A stretch of DNA of 58,940 nucleotides, the filler included, from Sphacelaria rigidula (taxonomy: Eukaryota): the NCBI GenBank assembly GCA_964200075.2. It is 4 parts of 4 records of this genome, joined end to end, with 100 filler letters (N's around TTAATTAATTAA, not from the genome) between each part and the next. Parts side by side here need not be neighbours in the genome. Positions count along the whole stretch, not along the records: positions 1 to 14,661 come from CAXNAA020002112.1; 3 more parts are not named here. One strand, 5' to 3'. The notes beneath the pieces were generated by a model. It was not told where the DNA came from, made no database searches, and saw nothing but the letters and a program-made list of their open reading frames with translations. Positions 1-11,956 of the stretch are shown here, in pieces (positions within the stretch are counted from its first letter, which is position 1; each line of letters starts with the position of its first letter). The position numbers and the translations under genes are program-made.

Positions 1-569
1 CCGCACTGTGCTGTGCGTCGCTCCTTTCATTGGAGCATGGGGTCTGGCCCAGCCGGTCGAGCGGTGTGTACTGGTGCTGGTTGTGTGCCTTTACCCAGCC
101 GTGCACGGTATCGCACAAGTGATGGGTCCGGGTAACATGAAATTTTCAACAGTCAAATGTGTAGACAGCACTGCGTCCGGACTGATACTATATGTTACAG
201 AGAGAGGAACACAACAATACAGCACATCAAGCAATCCCGGCGGAGACCAAACCGTGTTCGCAAGGTCTAAACACACCCCAGAACAGTGATAGCTACAGCA
301 CATGAGAGCGGAAGTGAGTGTGTTTGTGCTGCAGTACAGCTAGACAAGACATGTCCCATGTTTTAGTTCTTCGGCTGATTTGAAGCGGGGCGCTTCCCAC
401 ACCCATTATTTCTATGCTTTAGTTGTCGCTGTGCTGTTGTACATTTGAACACTCTACGACGAACATGCTGTGATGTGCGCTGGAGAGTGCCTGAACAGTT
501 GTAGTGCTGCATGCGGTGTTACCGTAAGCACAGAAGTGGGGTGAGCGCTTATGGACAGCAGAGACGCCG

Positions 570-1320
570 CAAAACTGCTCGTCGTTCAAATCTGCTGCGT
601 GGACTCCAGATTTCAGCTTGGGGTGGATCCCTCTTCACACCGTTGCGCGCGGGCGGGTTTGTACTTTGTACAAATGGCGCTCAAATTCAAAAACTTGGAA
701 TCCAGATCTACACGCAGGTTGAGAAATGCGGCGGGTGCGGAAGTGGTCGTTAGTCCAAGCAGGTCTAAGGTCTGTGTAATGCTACCGACAAGATGCAACA
801 AGGGAGCACAACACCTACACACCCAGCCCTGAAAAAACACGCACAGACACCCACTACTCACGCGCATCGTTCAAGCGATACCCCATCATCTTCACACGAC
901 AGCCTCTAATTGACGGAACTCCATCCAGTATTCGATGAAAGGCGGCGCGTGCGTGCAACAAAAAACGGTAAAGCTTCCAGTCTTGCATAACCCTGCGGTT
1001 ACGCGCGCGGATTCCACAAATATCAATGTTTTCCGATCAATTCGATCTCAACAGACATTCCATATATCAATGTGCTTTCGACGAAAAGAAGGAATGTGTC
1101 TCCAACTTTCAAACTACGCAAAAAAGATCTGCACGCAGGTTGAGAAATGCGGCGCGTGTGGAAGTGGTCGTTAGTCCAAGCAGTTTCCTCCCCCCCCGCC
1201 CGCCCGCCACATTTTCACTGCAAAACTGCTCGTCGTTCAAATCTGCTGCGTGGGCGCCAGATTTCAGGTTGAGGTGGATTCTTCTTTCCACCGTTGAGCG
1301 CGGGCGGCTTGGTAATTTGT
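570..1320 (+). repeat. Two repeat blocks duplicated in swapped order (A-B ... B'-A')
   Basis: Block A CAAAACTGCTCGTCGTTCAAATCTGCTGCGTGG...CCAGATTTCAG at ~570-670 and ~1221-1320; block B GATCTxCACGCAGGTTGAGAAATGCGGCG...GAAGTGGTCGTTAGTCCAAGCAG at ~704-762 and ~1126-1183. Confidence 0.85.
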
Positions 1321-2237
1321 CAACACACGTGGGCAAAGGTCTCCCCTGTGGGTGATCTGCAGAGCCCTGTATAGCCTTGCAGTGTCGCGAACTGTGACAG
1401 GCCAAATACAGCCCTGTGGCAGGCGTTTTAGCCTTGGGTGTTTCTCGTGGCAAACCTGCACCGGGTTTTAATTTCCGGGTGGCCTCTGTGCACAGGACCC
1501 CGCTCCTGTATGCACCCCGCAAAAGTCCTGCACCTGCTATTGTGCTGTGAGTCAATCTGTACAGTCTACAGGGCAGCGAGACTGTGAAAGCCGTGCGCAG
1601 TTCCAACACAGGACCATCACCCTGGACACCCTGTGCGCAGGTCCTATATCAGCCCTCACACCGTATGCATACATATTTCTATACAGAACATATGCTGTCT
1701 GCGTAGCTATACATTTCGTGAGACCGCTGTCCGAATGCGGAAGATTTTCGTCTGTAAACGCAGTCGGTGCTCCTCGAATACAGCATGGATTTTCGCCAAA
1801 CAAAGAGGCACTATATATATTAGCAAGGACTAGCGCTGGAACTAACGCACATGAGCGACGAGCATCCGTACGTGATATTTCCGTGGTCGGTGTGTTCGTA
1901 TCACTGTGTAGTCTTGTTGCGTCTCGTTTGTAGCGGGGCAGAGATGATCTAGATTTACTGTATTCCAATTTTCAAATTGGTTGTTGTCTCAGGTTATTCC
2001 AGATTCGGCATTAGATTTCTGTGACAGAAAACACTCTCGTTTTTTTCGTAATACTTTTAAAAAACAAGGAGAACGCCTGCATGCTGTGCAAAACACACAC
2101 CGTCTGGATAGTACAGGTCGCCACTGTTGTACAGCAGTCTGTACTGTTTTGTCTCATTTTTGGCCAAGAACGAAACTGTTGTAATGCGTGAGAGGACCGC
2201 GTGGTTGGAGAACCGCGTCGGAAGTTGAACATCCCTA

Positions 2238-2278
2238 TGGTTGGGGTTAGGGTTAGTGTTGGGGTTGGGGTCAGGGGC
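2238..2278 (+). repeat. Degenerate interstitial TTAGGG-like tract
   Basis: GGTTGGGGTTAGGGTTAGTGTTGGGGTTGGGGTCAGGGG; similar tracts at ~24276-24306 and ~23897-23919. Confidence 0.6.
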
Positions 2279-2595
2279 GTGGTACCTGCAGGGACTGTCC
2301 CGATTGGTTTTGGAAAACGTCGATACTGAAGTGTTTCGAGCTACGGTGCGGTCCTCTGAGCACGCGGTCTTCTCACGCATTACACTATGACCTACGGAAA
2401 ACGCAAAGGTGCTCTGGAGCGGTCTCAGGTGTCAACATCCGCTGAGCCCTCTTTTCGGGGCAAAAACGACGGAAAAGGTTAAAAAAACACTTCATATTTT
2501 TTGCGATACATAATAAGTAGCCTAACAAAGGAAAAAGAAAAAAGAAAATTGGAAGCGAGATTGCGAAGCAGAACAATGTATAACATATGGTTTAA

Positions 2596-2891
2596 CCCTT
2601 TAGCAACCGCAACGCAAACAAGCGTGTGTTAACACATGGGTGGTGCATCAGTTTCAATTTAGTTGGTTGAGACTTACCAATCACAGGATTCATCCTCGCT
2701 GACTGTTGTAGAACGGCCAAAAAGGAGCGTCAATGAATGATATATTAATAGGGGGAAACGTGGCGCCCACGTGACGCACCTGTTGTAGAAACTGTGTGTA
2801 CACTAATAGAGGTGGGCACTGATGAAGAATGAAACGATTAGAACCGGTCATTGGACAACCAAGTATGCGTGTACCGGTTGCGGTTCTAAGG
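2596..2891. mobile_element. Possible small piggyBac-like MITE (eroded)
   Basis: TTAA then CCCTTTAGCAACCGCAAC on the left; GTTGCGGTTCTAAGG at ~2877-2891 is an imperfect inverted copy; the right-hand TTAA is absent. Confidence 0.3.
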
Positions 2892-5350
2892 CCGGATGCT
2901 ATGGCACACAGATATCTGGCCCACGGATTGGTCACTTTTGGGACATTTGAGCCATTTTTTGACCCCCAAACCAAGAAAATCGCCAACACACGTCTTGGAC
3001 ACTTTGCACCATCCCATAGAGAGGAGCCTAGTCTGCTTCAGATCCGCTTGGCTCCAAGGTTTTTAGAACGGCCGCTGAGCAATAATGTGGTGCAATAAAA
3101 TCTACGGCGATCTCGACAGATTGTAGGGCAGACTGGCGGAGGTCGGCATGCACAGATTTTTGCGCACGAATTATTATTCAGCGGCCAATATCGAAACCTC
3201 GGAGCCGAGCGAATCTGAAAAGCAGACTAGGCTCCTCTCTGTGGGGTGATGCAAAGTGTCGTGTTGGAAAAAGTGGATCAAATGTCCCAAAAGTGAACAA
3301 TCCGTGGGCCAAAACTCTGTGTGCCATAACATCCGGCATAAACAAAAAAAAAATGGAATTTTCTTCCCCCGGTTAAACCGGTGCACCAGTGAACTGGTGT
3401 AGCCGGGAATGGAGGCTTAACTCCGGCGGTTAAACCTCGTGCCTTCACCAGTCATAGTTGATTCGGCTCTCACCAGCATTATCTTTCGCAAAGAAGAGTC
3501 AGTGCTGGTGTTTGAGCAACAACGTTACGGAGTATTGTAAGGGTGCGCATTTTTTGGACGAATAAATGGACATGAAGTTCTGACGTGATTTTCTGTATAC
3601 TCGGAAGATCTGCTTTAGTTTCCTGACGGAGAGTACTATCGTGATATTGGCGTACACAAGAAGTCTGGCCTGGCCGTCGGTGTTGCTCCTTGATTGAAGA
3701 TGATGCGATATTTTGTTGCCTATCGCCCTTGTACGATTATTGCGTCACCGTTATTTGTATTGGGCAAAATTCCCAGAGAAGGCGCGATCGCGTGGCTTGC
3801 GCGGTTTGCGGCGTCTAGTACAGATTTTCCGCCGTCCGCTGTTTTTGTTGTATTCGGATGTTGAGATGCTGCACGTTTACCATGCAAAGTTGAGGGAGAG
3901 CATTACCTGCTCCTCCCTCCTATATTTGAGCATTCGGTCGGAGGGGCGGGCGGGGTGTGGGCTGCAGAGTTTCCCTTTCGGCACCCTATGTTGGCTTACA
4001 CGCTATAGCTCACGCCGGAGATTCTTCACATGGACACAGTATTTTTTCGTGCTAGTGCCTCGTCGATTTGTCCATGCCAGTTTCAAGTTTCGGACAGCGG
4101 TTGTTCGAGCTATCAGTACACATTTTCTATCAAGCATTAAAATTGGTGTCAGCAGCGCCTTTGCTGCATGCTCGACAGATGTTGCACGGGTACAGAGGTG
4201 TGAAATTAAACTTTGCTGTCACCGGCAATGGGTGCGTTTGAGCGTATCAGTCACCGGTCACACACGACAACAACGCCTAATTTACCCGCGTTTCGATGAT
4301 TTGGAGGCGTTTTCCCTTGCTCACCAGATTGGGCCGGTTATCGGTGAACCGGTTGAACCGACCGAAAAATAAACGGTTCAGCCGACTCTTTATTCTGAGA
4401 ATAGCACCTTCTATCCGGTGACCGTTTTTTTGTTTTGGCCGCCGGTGCCACCTCCTATGTGCACACGGTCAAAACTCCTTGCTTACTAGCCCGAGTAGGT
4501 TCTGGGAGTGAAACGTTTCATTTCGGTACAGAGAAAGTGCTGCTCGCCATCGGCCTCTTGTGCGGCCTATTTCGACGACCGGTGAACCTGCACAGAATGG
4601 CATTTGGGTCCTCGTATATTCACGTTTTTTGTGCACAACGGAAGCAACACGTACACCGGCGAGCGAAACACTGCCAAGCACGTAAGACCAGCTGACACAG
4701 TAATGGCTCACATAGTACACCCCCCTATCCGATTTATTCGTGATGGTGGGTATGCCCATGCGCTCAGTGCAGTTTTCTGTACTGCGCTATACTCTACTGC
4801 GGTCGACTTCAGGTCAATCAACATTCTCATCGACGCACAAGGTGCTCGCCCGCCAGGCCATCCTAGTGTGTGTGACCGACACATGGCAGTAGCGAAGGCA
4901 GCGTGATCACGAACAAGGTAATTGCTGTTGTCCAAGTATTCCCAATGCATGGTGCCGTTTCACTCGCATCACGACAGCCGCATCTACTGACAGTGATGAG
5001 CGTGAGGCGTAAGTGACTTCTGCGTTGCACGGTGACTGCATCACACTGCGCCGCTTATTTTATGCGGTGATCAGTAGCAAAAGTCACTCACGCCTCTGCG
5101 TCGTACTGTTTGTACTCCACTGTACTATATTGCACTCTGCTGTTGTCGTAGTGGCTGCTCTGTACGCGCTGCACTATTATACGTTGCACTATTTGTACGT
5201 CGTAGCTCATCTTTGTGTCCAGTATTCTTGTCAATAAGAATGGGGGGGTTCGGTTATTCTGGGGGTGGACGAGGTGCGGCTAGTTTGTACATTCGATTTA
5301 TCCTCCTATAGCGAGTGTATCTCCCCTGCTTTTTACTTCGCAGCATTTGT

Positions 5351-5406
5351 CTTGTGACCACGGCTGGATCCATCTCATTACTCTCAATCCATCCATCGAT
5401 CAATCA
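5351..5406 (+). repeat. Non-LTR retroelement/SINE 3-prime end motif (degenerate tail)
   Basis: CTTGTGACCACGGCTGGATCC followed by an eroded CAAT-like tail; the same motif recurs about ten times in the window. Confidence 0.65.
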
Positions 5407-5490
5407 CTCGTCTGGGTTGACCACATCATAGTCTCTGGTTGGACGTTGCGGCGAATCGATGTGATTGTCTCAGTCCATACCCTACTTTGA

Positions 5491-6535
5491 CCCTTTTGGA
5501 ACCGGGCCTCCAGAACGACCAATGAGCTGGCTGGTCAGGAATGACGTGTCTGGCGTCTGCACGAAACAGTGGCGTGATGCTGAATATCCGCGTATGTAAG
5601 CGCAGGGTTATGACGAAGACCGAAAGTTTCATCTAGTCTATTTGCAGGTGCACAGGTGCAATGGTGTACATGTGATGTAGCGAGCAGTATGGGTCGCGGT
5701 AGAGAACTTCCAACAGGATGCGGCGACCGGCGGGCCGACCAACACTTGTGGTTGTGGATAATACTTTTCTCCCCATCACCTTGCCACACAGCCCTTTGTG
5801 GTCGGGGTGGGCCGCTATTTCCCCCTTTGTTGCATGCGGCGAATTCTATTCGAACGGTATCAGTGTTGCGGCACGCATGCATGCATGCAACAGTACAGTA
5901 CAGTACAGTGTAGTACGCCTCTCCGACTGAAGCAGCAGCTGCCGCTGCATACATACTCCCTTGCACGTTCTGGGCAATTCTCAGCTACCGAGATCAACTG
6001 CCTACATACCGCTTCTTCATCCCCACCCACTATATACATGTGGACTGCACCCTGCAAGTCATCGCCAGAGGGATCAGCAGAACTTATGACAGCAGATCCT
6101 TTTGTCTTTCCACAGCCCACCTCGGTTTAGGGCGTGGTGAAAATGACCACATGGTAGCATGTACACTCCTTCCCGGCTTTTCCGGTCGACCCTGTGTTAG
6201 TGTAAATTACTACGTTTTGGTAGGGAATTGAGACAAGAAAAAAAGAACACCGGAAAACTCGGGAACGATATACTGAGTGGAAGTCATATCATATAACCAA
6301 GCTCCGACCGCCCTGCGCTTGGAAACCTGCGAAGGCTTATCTGGGTCAGGGATAGGGTCCCCAAACGATCTTTACAGTGGCATCATACTCGCCAACAACC
6401 CCAGCATTGGTCGTTCGGGTCTGGTCAATAAATTTCGCCTCGCCGTGATTGGGCAGGTCGCTCGAAGACTTGTTTTTCATTATTTCACGAACACAGGGTC
6501 AACCCTGTGTTAATGGGGGGTCGGTCCCATAAGGG
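5491..6535 (+). mobile_element. Non-autonomous piggyBac-like TIR element (internally deleted copy)
   Basis: Left end CCCTTTTGGAACCGGGCCTCCA, right end GGGGGGTCGGTCCCATAAGGG; flanked by TTGA on both sides (5487-5490, 6536-6539); both halves match the inverted copy at 25782-27565. Confidence 0.8.
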
Positions 6536-7679
6536 TTGATTGATGTGGTCTCCCCCTCGCCCGACTGCCCCTCACCTATGCTGCAACGCGTACCCGGGTT
6601 GGTTGCCGGGGCTATCCATGATGTAGTTCGTTCTTGTAAAAGGAACTCATTACTGTTCCTATATATTCTCTTGACAGTCCTGTTAACAGTGAATTCCACC
6701 TCAAGGCTGCACTCGGCTTTTTTCGATTATCTTTGCATTATCGTGTTGCGGTTGTCGTCTGCAAGTGCTCTGCATGGGGATACCGTGCCTACTGAATGAA
6801 ACGAGTGCACGCTGGATGAGACCTTTAACCTCTGTGCCTTTCCCTCATTGTTCCAGCCCCGTAGTCATCTCGCTATCAAAGGTGCAGATTATCCCTCCGG
6901 GGTGACAGTCGTTGTGTCGATTTCCGGCCACAAGTATCCTTGCGTCATGTTCCAATTTATTAACCTTCCCACTCCAACCCATTGATCGACTTCCCTCACG
7001 GAGCATGTTGTTGGGTATTGCTCATCGCACGAGACCCCACGTACGTGGTCCGCTCCTCCTGATTGGGTTTTTCCCCGATGGAAGTTGAACATGAAACCGC
7101 TGTGGCTGGAGTCCCTCGGGGTGCGTTGAGAATGTCTTTTCGTAAGGTCGTGTCTGCGTGTAGTGTTACTGAACGCAAGTGTGATCATGGTGATGTCTCG
7201 TGCCACTCATGGTCGTTCTGTCACGTTTCGGGCGTACTGCAAGAAGAGTCCCATCGGGGTGAAAAGCTCTCGCCGATGGCTTTGTAGTAGGGTCGGGTTT
7301 CGTTTCATCAGTGCTCCTCACTTGTTTCGACTCATCTTTAGTGAATTTTGCGTACTTCCTTTGTACCATGCGTAAAGTCCATTATGTCAACACTGGCCAT
7401 TAGTCGTGTGCGATGCCTTAGGCGATATTTTAGTGAATTCTTTGGCTTTTTTTCAGTCGGAATATGTCTTATGTTTTCCGCGCATTACCCTGCATAGGTG
7501 AACGGCCGAAAAATATCAGTCAGACCAAAAAAGGCGGCATTCCATACCTATCCCGGAGGCGGGGAGGGGGGGGGGGGGAAGGCGTGAAAAAGTATCCGAT
7601 TATGCTTGTCGACCGTTCCGAGCGCCGCGGCATTTGTGCGAGTACGAAGCAAAGGTGGGTTACTCCGACGTTTGTTTGA

Positions 7680-10620
7680 GAGGCCAAGCTCCCCGGTGTG
7701 GTCTATCCGAGCTTTGCAGTTTTTCCATAGTTTTGTCGGCTCCTCAGGACCAACACCGTAGGGCTCGGTGAGCGGACGTAGAATGCCCGTCGGCGCCCTT
7801 GAGTTCCCTCGCGGAATCGCCAGCTCTTTCTCCACCGTCGTCACGTGTCGGCGGCTCAAAGATACTTCGGCGCCCCGTTTACGACGTGGGGGTATGTGCA
7901 CGGGAGAGTCGATCGTGCTTGTGATACGTAGTGGGCGATTAACGTCGAAATTCCTCTCAAAAGTGGACAATTCTCGATTCAAACCTCTAAACATTCCCAA
8001 AGTACTCCCATAAGATGGGAAATTTGGTCCCAACCATTGTCAGTACATACGACTTGGATGTTGTTTTTCCGATGGTCGTCTCCATACCTGTGTCTTCGCA
8101 CAAGCCTAACTACAGCGTCGTGAGCACCTCCGAAATATTATCTGCATCTCATTACGGACTGTACCCTGGCACAGAGGCAGAATATACCACAAGATTACTT
8201 CGAACTGGGTTCCCTCTCCGAAGGATGTCACTCAAGTCCATGTAGTTCTCGATAACTATCGCTAGCTTGGACATGTACTTCGTGCGCAAATAGTTATGTG
8301 CGTATGGGTATAGTGCATCCTCGGGGTTCGAGGAGTCAGAAATCCGGTTGTACCCACTGCCAAACAGTAAATCATATGTCGGGGTACGCTCGTTCGGCAT
8401 GCGTCGAACCAGTATAGCAAAGCCACCACGTCGGTCTGCTGCGCTGCTGTCCAGGGTTGGAGCCGTCACTTGGTCGTGATGAGAGGAGTCTATCGAACAG
8501 CGCTGCTGTGGAATCTTGACGTTTCGCTGTAGCCAACGCTGTCGTGGCCCATGTGAATTAGTGAAGTCGTTTCCCTGTTGCATCATAGTCAATCGCTATT
8601 ATAGTGTCATATGTATCGCTACTCCTTAGCTATCAGAAATCGTTTCTATGCCGCACCATGGATACTGTAGCACTGAAGATTACAGCTGTTCCTCATGGTG
8701 ATTAAATGACGAGGCTATCACACGAACAGCCGAGACCCGTGCGGTCCCGCTGTGACGGATCGGTGTATCTGTATCTCCTGCAGGCGATCGTCACTTCGAT
8801 CCATGCTCATAATGTCTGCATAACTTCCGAGAGCAGCAAATCCGTCTGCGTTGTAGATATATCGTGCTACAGCGGGTTTCGTGAATGTTTGGAGCAGTAG
8901 GTGTATACAGCTTGACTCGTACCGTGCGTCACCGTGATGTCCACATATTTCGTGTGAGAAAATGCGCCGTGAACACGTTCCAATTCCGTTCGACTTTGTT
9001 TCGCTTTTTTCACATTCACCGGAGCCTAATATCTCACCCTTTACAATGACTCGTGGCCTCTTCGGTGGTTATCAAGACAAGAATGTGTATTGTCCCTTTT
9101 ATAGCGAGTGGTTTCGCTCTCGCGCTCGCCGCTACTAGCGTTGGGTCATTGGGTACCACGATGCCAGTCTCGGCAGCACAATAATCACCGTTCGCGCCTC
9201 ACAGTCTGCCATGTGTGAAAAGACTACTCCTACCATCAACGGGGGTGGAGAACAGAAGGTTAATACCCCTCCGCAGTGCTCCGTAGGCAGATAACGTAGT
9301 AGATAAAAAACATCTACTGGTTGTGTCCTTGTGGCATGGTACCTCGAGTAAAGGAGCATGGATTCACCGCTACCAGCTTTATCACGTAGAATCCTTTCTG
9401 ATGACTGTGGATCCCATCAGATCCATGCCGAAACTGTTCCACTTGAGCGAGAGCTCGGTAAGGTATTCTGCTCGTAGACTTATAGGCCCTTCAACTCCTG
9501 GTCGTGGGAAACAGTCCGCCTCTGAAGTTGTGTTGGAGTCCACTATCGCAAGGTGAGGATGGAGTCGTGCTCAACGCACACCCACAAACGTCACCGCATG
9601 AGCTCATGCACGCGTCTATCTCCTGCCCAACTTTCCCGTAATGAGAGGTACATGGCCTTGTCGTCTACGCCTATGTGAATAGAGCTGTCCCTGTTATTTT
9701 GGTAAGCTTGCTCCACGCGAAAATCTCTGATTTCCTCGTGTGGCGCAAATTTCCTCTCCACGTTGACGTGTGTTGCCACCCATGCGATCGGATACTCGGC
9801 CGCAGCCTTGAAGGTAATACCCCATTAGCTTCGACCTACCCCTCTCCATGCTTGCGAGGAAGCATCCCTCACACCGGGGAGAGCAATTATTTCGTGTGTC
9901 GCGCTTTACCGCTCTGCGCCATTCATGTTTTGCAGCTGCAGCCACGCGGTTGACTTGGTGCAGAGACCCCCGTCTGCGGAAAGCTTCATCACCGTCATGT
10001 GCTTCTCTCCAGTCCTTCGGCGGAGCTCTATTTGTTTCCACGTGTGGAACAGGTACAGACTTGCTGCCGGCACGGTGACTGAAATACTCTTATTCTCCCG
10101 GCCAACACTTCGATTGTGATGGAAACAATGGCTCCGGTAGCAAGGGCATCATCCACAATGCGCTTCAGTTTAACGAGCTTGTCCTCATGGACCTCGGATC
10201 GGCAGTTTTCCATGTCACGCCGGATTCCCGGAAATACCATTTCTGTCGGCCAGCCTCTGAATACACAAGACATATCCACAGTATTGAAACGAAAAGAGGG
10301 CCAAGAAGAATAGCCGAGGTGGCTGCTGCTTCTTGCTTTCTGGCTGATCGTGTTTGTGTGCTGGAAACCTGTGAGCCAGGAGTCATCGATTCACGCTAGT
10401 ACCAGTGTCCGCCGAGATCACAGATACTGCGCGGTGTGCATGTAAGGACTGCGCCATAGCCTCGCTCGGTGTCTCGTACATGTATGTCACCTTACCCACT
10501 CCATCATCTTTAACGACGTATCCTTGCCCTAACTCTTGACCATACAAGACAAAGAGGCACTTCGACGGCTCGACATCGAGCGGGAGGGACCTGCAGGGTC
10601 TGTGCTATGTGTTCTATCTG
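7680..10620 (-). pseudogene. Decayed non-LTR retrotransposon (LINE) ORF2 remnant: reverse transcriptase followed by RNase H-like domain
   Basis: Minus-strand fragments in the expected order: YRPIS-like RAVSVIS (~10430), FRGWPTE...LKRIVDDAL (RT domain 2-like, ~10260-10150), IGVDDKAMY (YxDD-like, 9674-9651), LDSSAADRRGGFAILV (RNase H DGS/GG-like, 8454-8408). Many stops and frameshifts; boundaries approximate. Confidence 0.5.
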
Positions 10621-11147
10621 TTCAGGCCTGCCACCTCTACCCATCCCAAGGCACGGCCTTTTTCTATGAGTTTCTGTACCTCCGAGTCAGCCAGGACTCG
10701 TGCTCTGGCTTGACATGAGTGGGCAACTCTACGCCGGTCGATTCGAAGCCCTCTAGACGTATTCGTGGAATCCCGCGTGGCCACCGTATCGACAGATGCG
10801 CCGTGTATACAGACTATCCATGGGTCTTGCTGGGTCGCTGTACTCATGGTGCTCATTCGTGTGTATCAACACAAACTATTCCTCTCCTCCCGCAGGGATC
10901 GGCCGTGGGGTTTGCGGTGGCGCTCCTGACTCCCCCTCCCGGACCTCGTCTGCAGAGGAATGCTGGACCGTTCGCTCCCAAAGAAGCTGAGGTTGGATTC
11001 TGTCTGCTTTCCTTTCATCCCTGAAAGTGCACGTGTATACTCTTCGGTGCGTCTGGGCCCTTCTGTTCCAAACATTCGCCAACCCTTGTCAGTCCTACAG
11101 GTACATGCACACCCACATTTGATACATGTACATTGTGTGTTGATGCA

Positions 11148-11224
11148 CAGATGAATAAGTTGATGGGCAGATGGATAAGTTGATGGGCAGATGGATAAGT
11201 TGATGGGCAGATGGATAAGTTGAT
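11148..11224 (+). repeat. 20-bp minisatellite (CAGATGGATAAGTTGATGGG) x ~3.8
   Basis: Near-perfect tandem units with no spacers. Confidence 0.9.
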
Positions 11225-11288
11225 TGATTGGTTGGTTAGTAAGATGAGAGAAGATGAGACAGACAGATAGATGAATAGAGAATAAATA

Positions 11289-11890
11289 CTTCCTCTGTCC
11301 CATAAGTAAAGTCCGTTATGGAGGATAGGCCGTACCTCGCCAAAGGAGGTGCTTACTATGTTATGGCTAGGTTCGTTGAAAATTCATAGTTGTGGAGATG
11401 GCCACTGAAAAAATCAGAAACAAAATAACCGACCAACAAACTTAGAATTGTTGGGTCAAACATGGCCAAATTTCAACCAAATTTCGCCAATCTGTACATT
11501 GTCGGCCGAATTTCGACGAATTTGGCTTGTATCGAAGTAATTGAAGGCTGCAGTGTAAACGAGTGGTCTCGGACTAGGCGTAGCTATTATATGCCAGCGA
11601 TGAACCGGGAAAAAAGAGCCAGTCATACTTTTTTTCGCGATTTTTTCCATTTATCGGGTTTCCAGGGTTCTTCTCTGTGTTATGGAAAAGGAGCGAAATA
11701 TGGCCATTTTCGAGCCTACTGATCGTTTATCGGCCATTCGCGCACGCTGGCTGCTGCGCAAACAGAAAAAGAAAAAAACGCGATCCAACTAAAACAAACT
11801 GAAGATTTTGAAAACAGTATCGTCTACGGCATTGAACACGGTTAAGGGTACGTGTGATCATAACGGGCTTTACTTATGGGACAGAGGAAG
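11289..11890. mobile_element. Stowaway-like (Tc1/mariner) MITE, 602 bp
   Basis: 32-bp TIRs CTTCCTCTGTCCCATAAGTAAAG(T/C)CCGTTATG (31/32 match) at 11289-11320 and 11859-11890; TA duplicated at 11287-11288 and 11891-11892; terminus resembles the Stowaway CTCCCTCCGT consensus. Confidence 0.9.
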
Positions 11891-11901
11891 TAGATAGATG
11901 A

Positions 11902-11947
<46 letters not shown>

Positions 11948-11956
11948 TCGATAGAC
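11891..11956 (+). repeat. (GATA)n microsatellite
   Basis: TAGA/GATA run; a degenerate continuation lies left of the MITE (~11258-11286). Confidence 0.9.

Noticed and set aside
2238-2278. Chromosome end or telomere
   Set aside because: Short, degenerate and internal; similar tracts occur inside other repeats.
3713-4372. 219-aa ORF
   Set aside because: Non-ATG start, no recognisable domain, and it lies in repeat-like sequence.
11148-11224. Regular 20-bp repeats as a CRISPR array
   Set aside because: The units abut with no unique spacers, there are no cas genes, and the context is eukaryotic.
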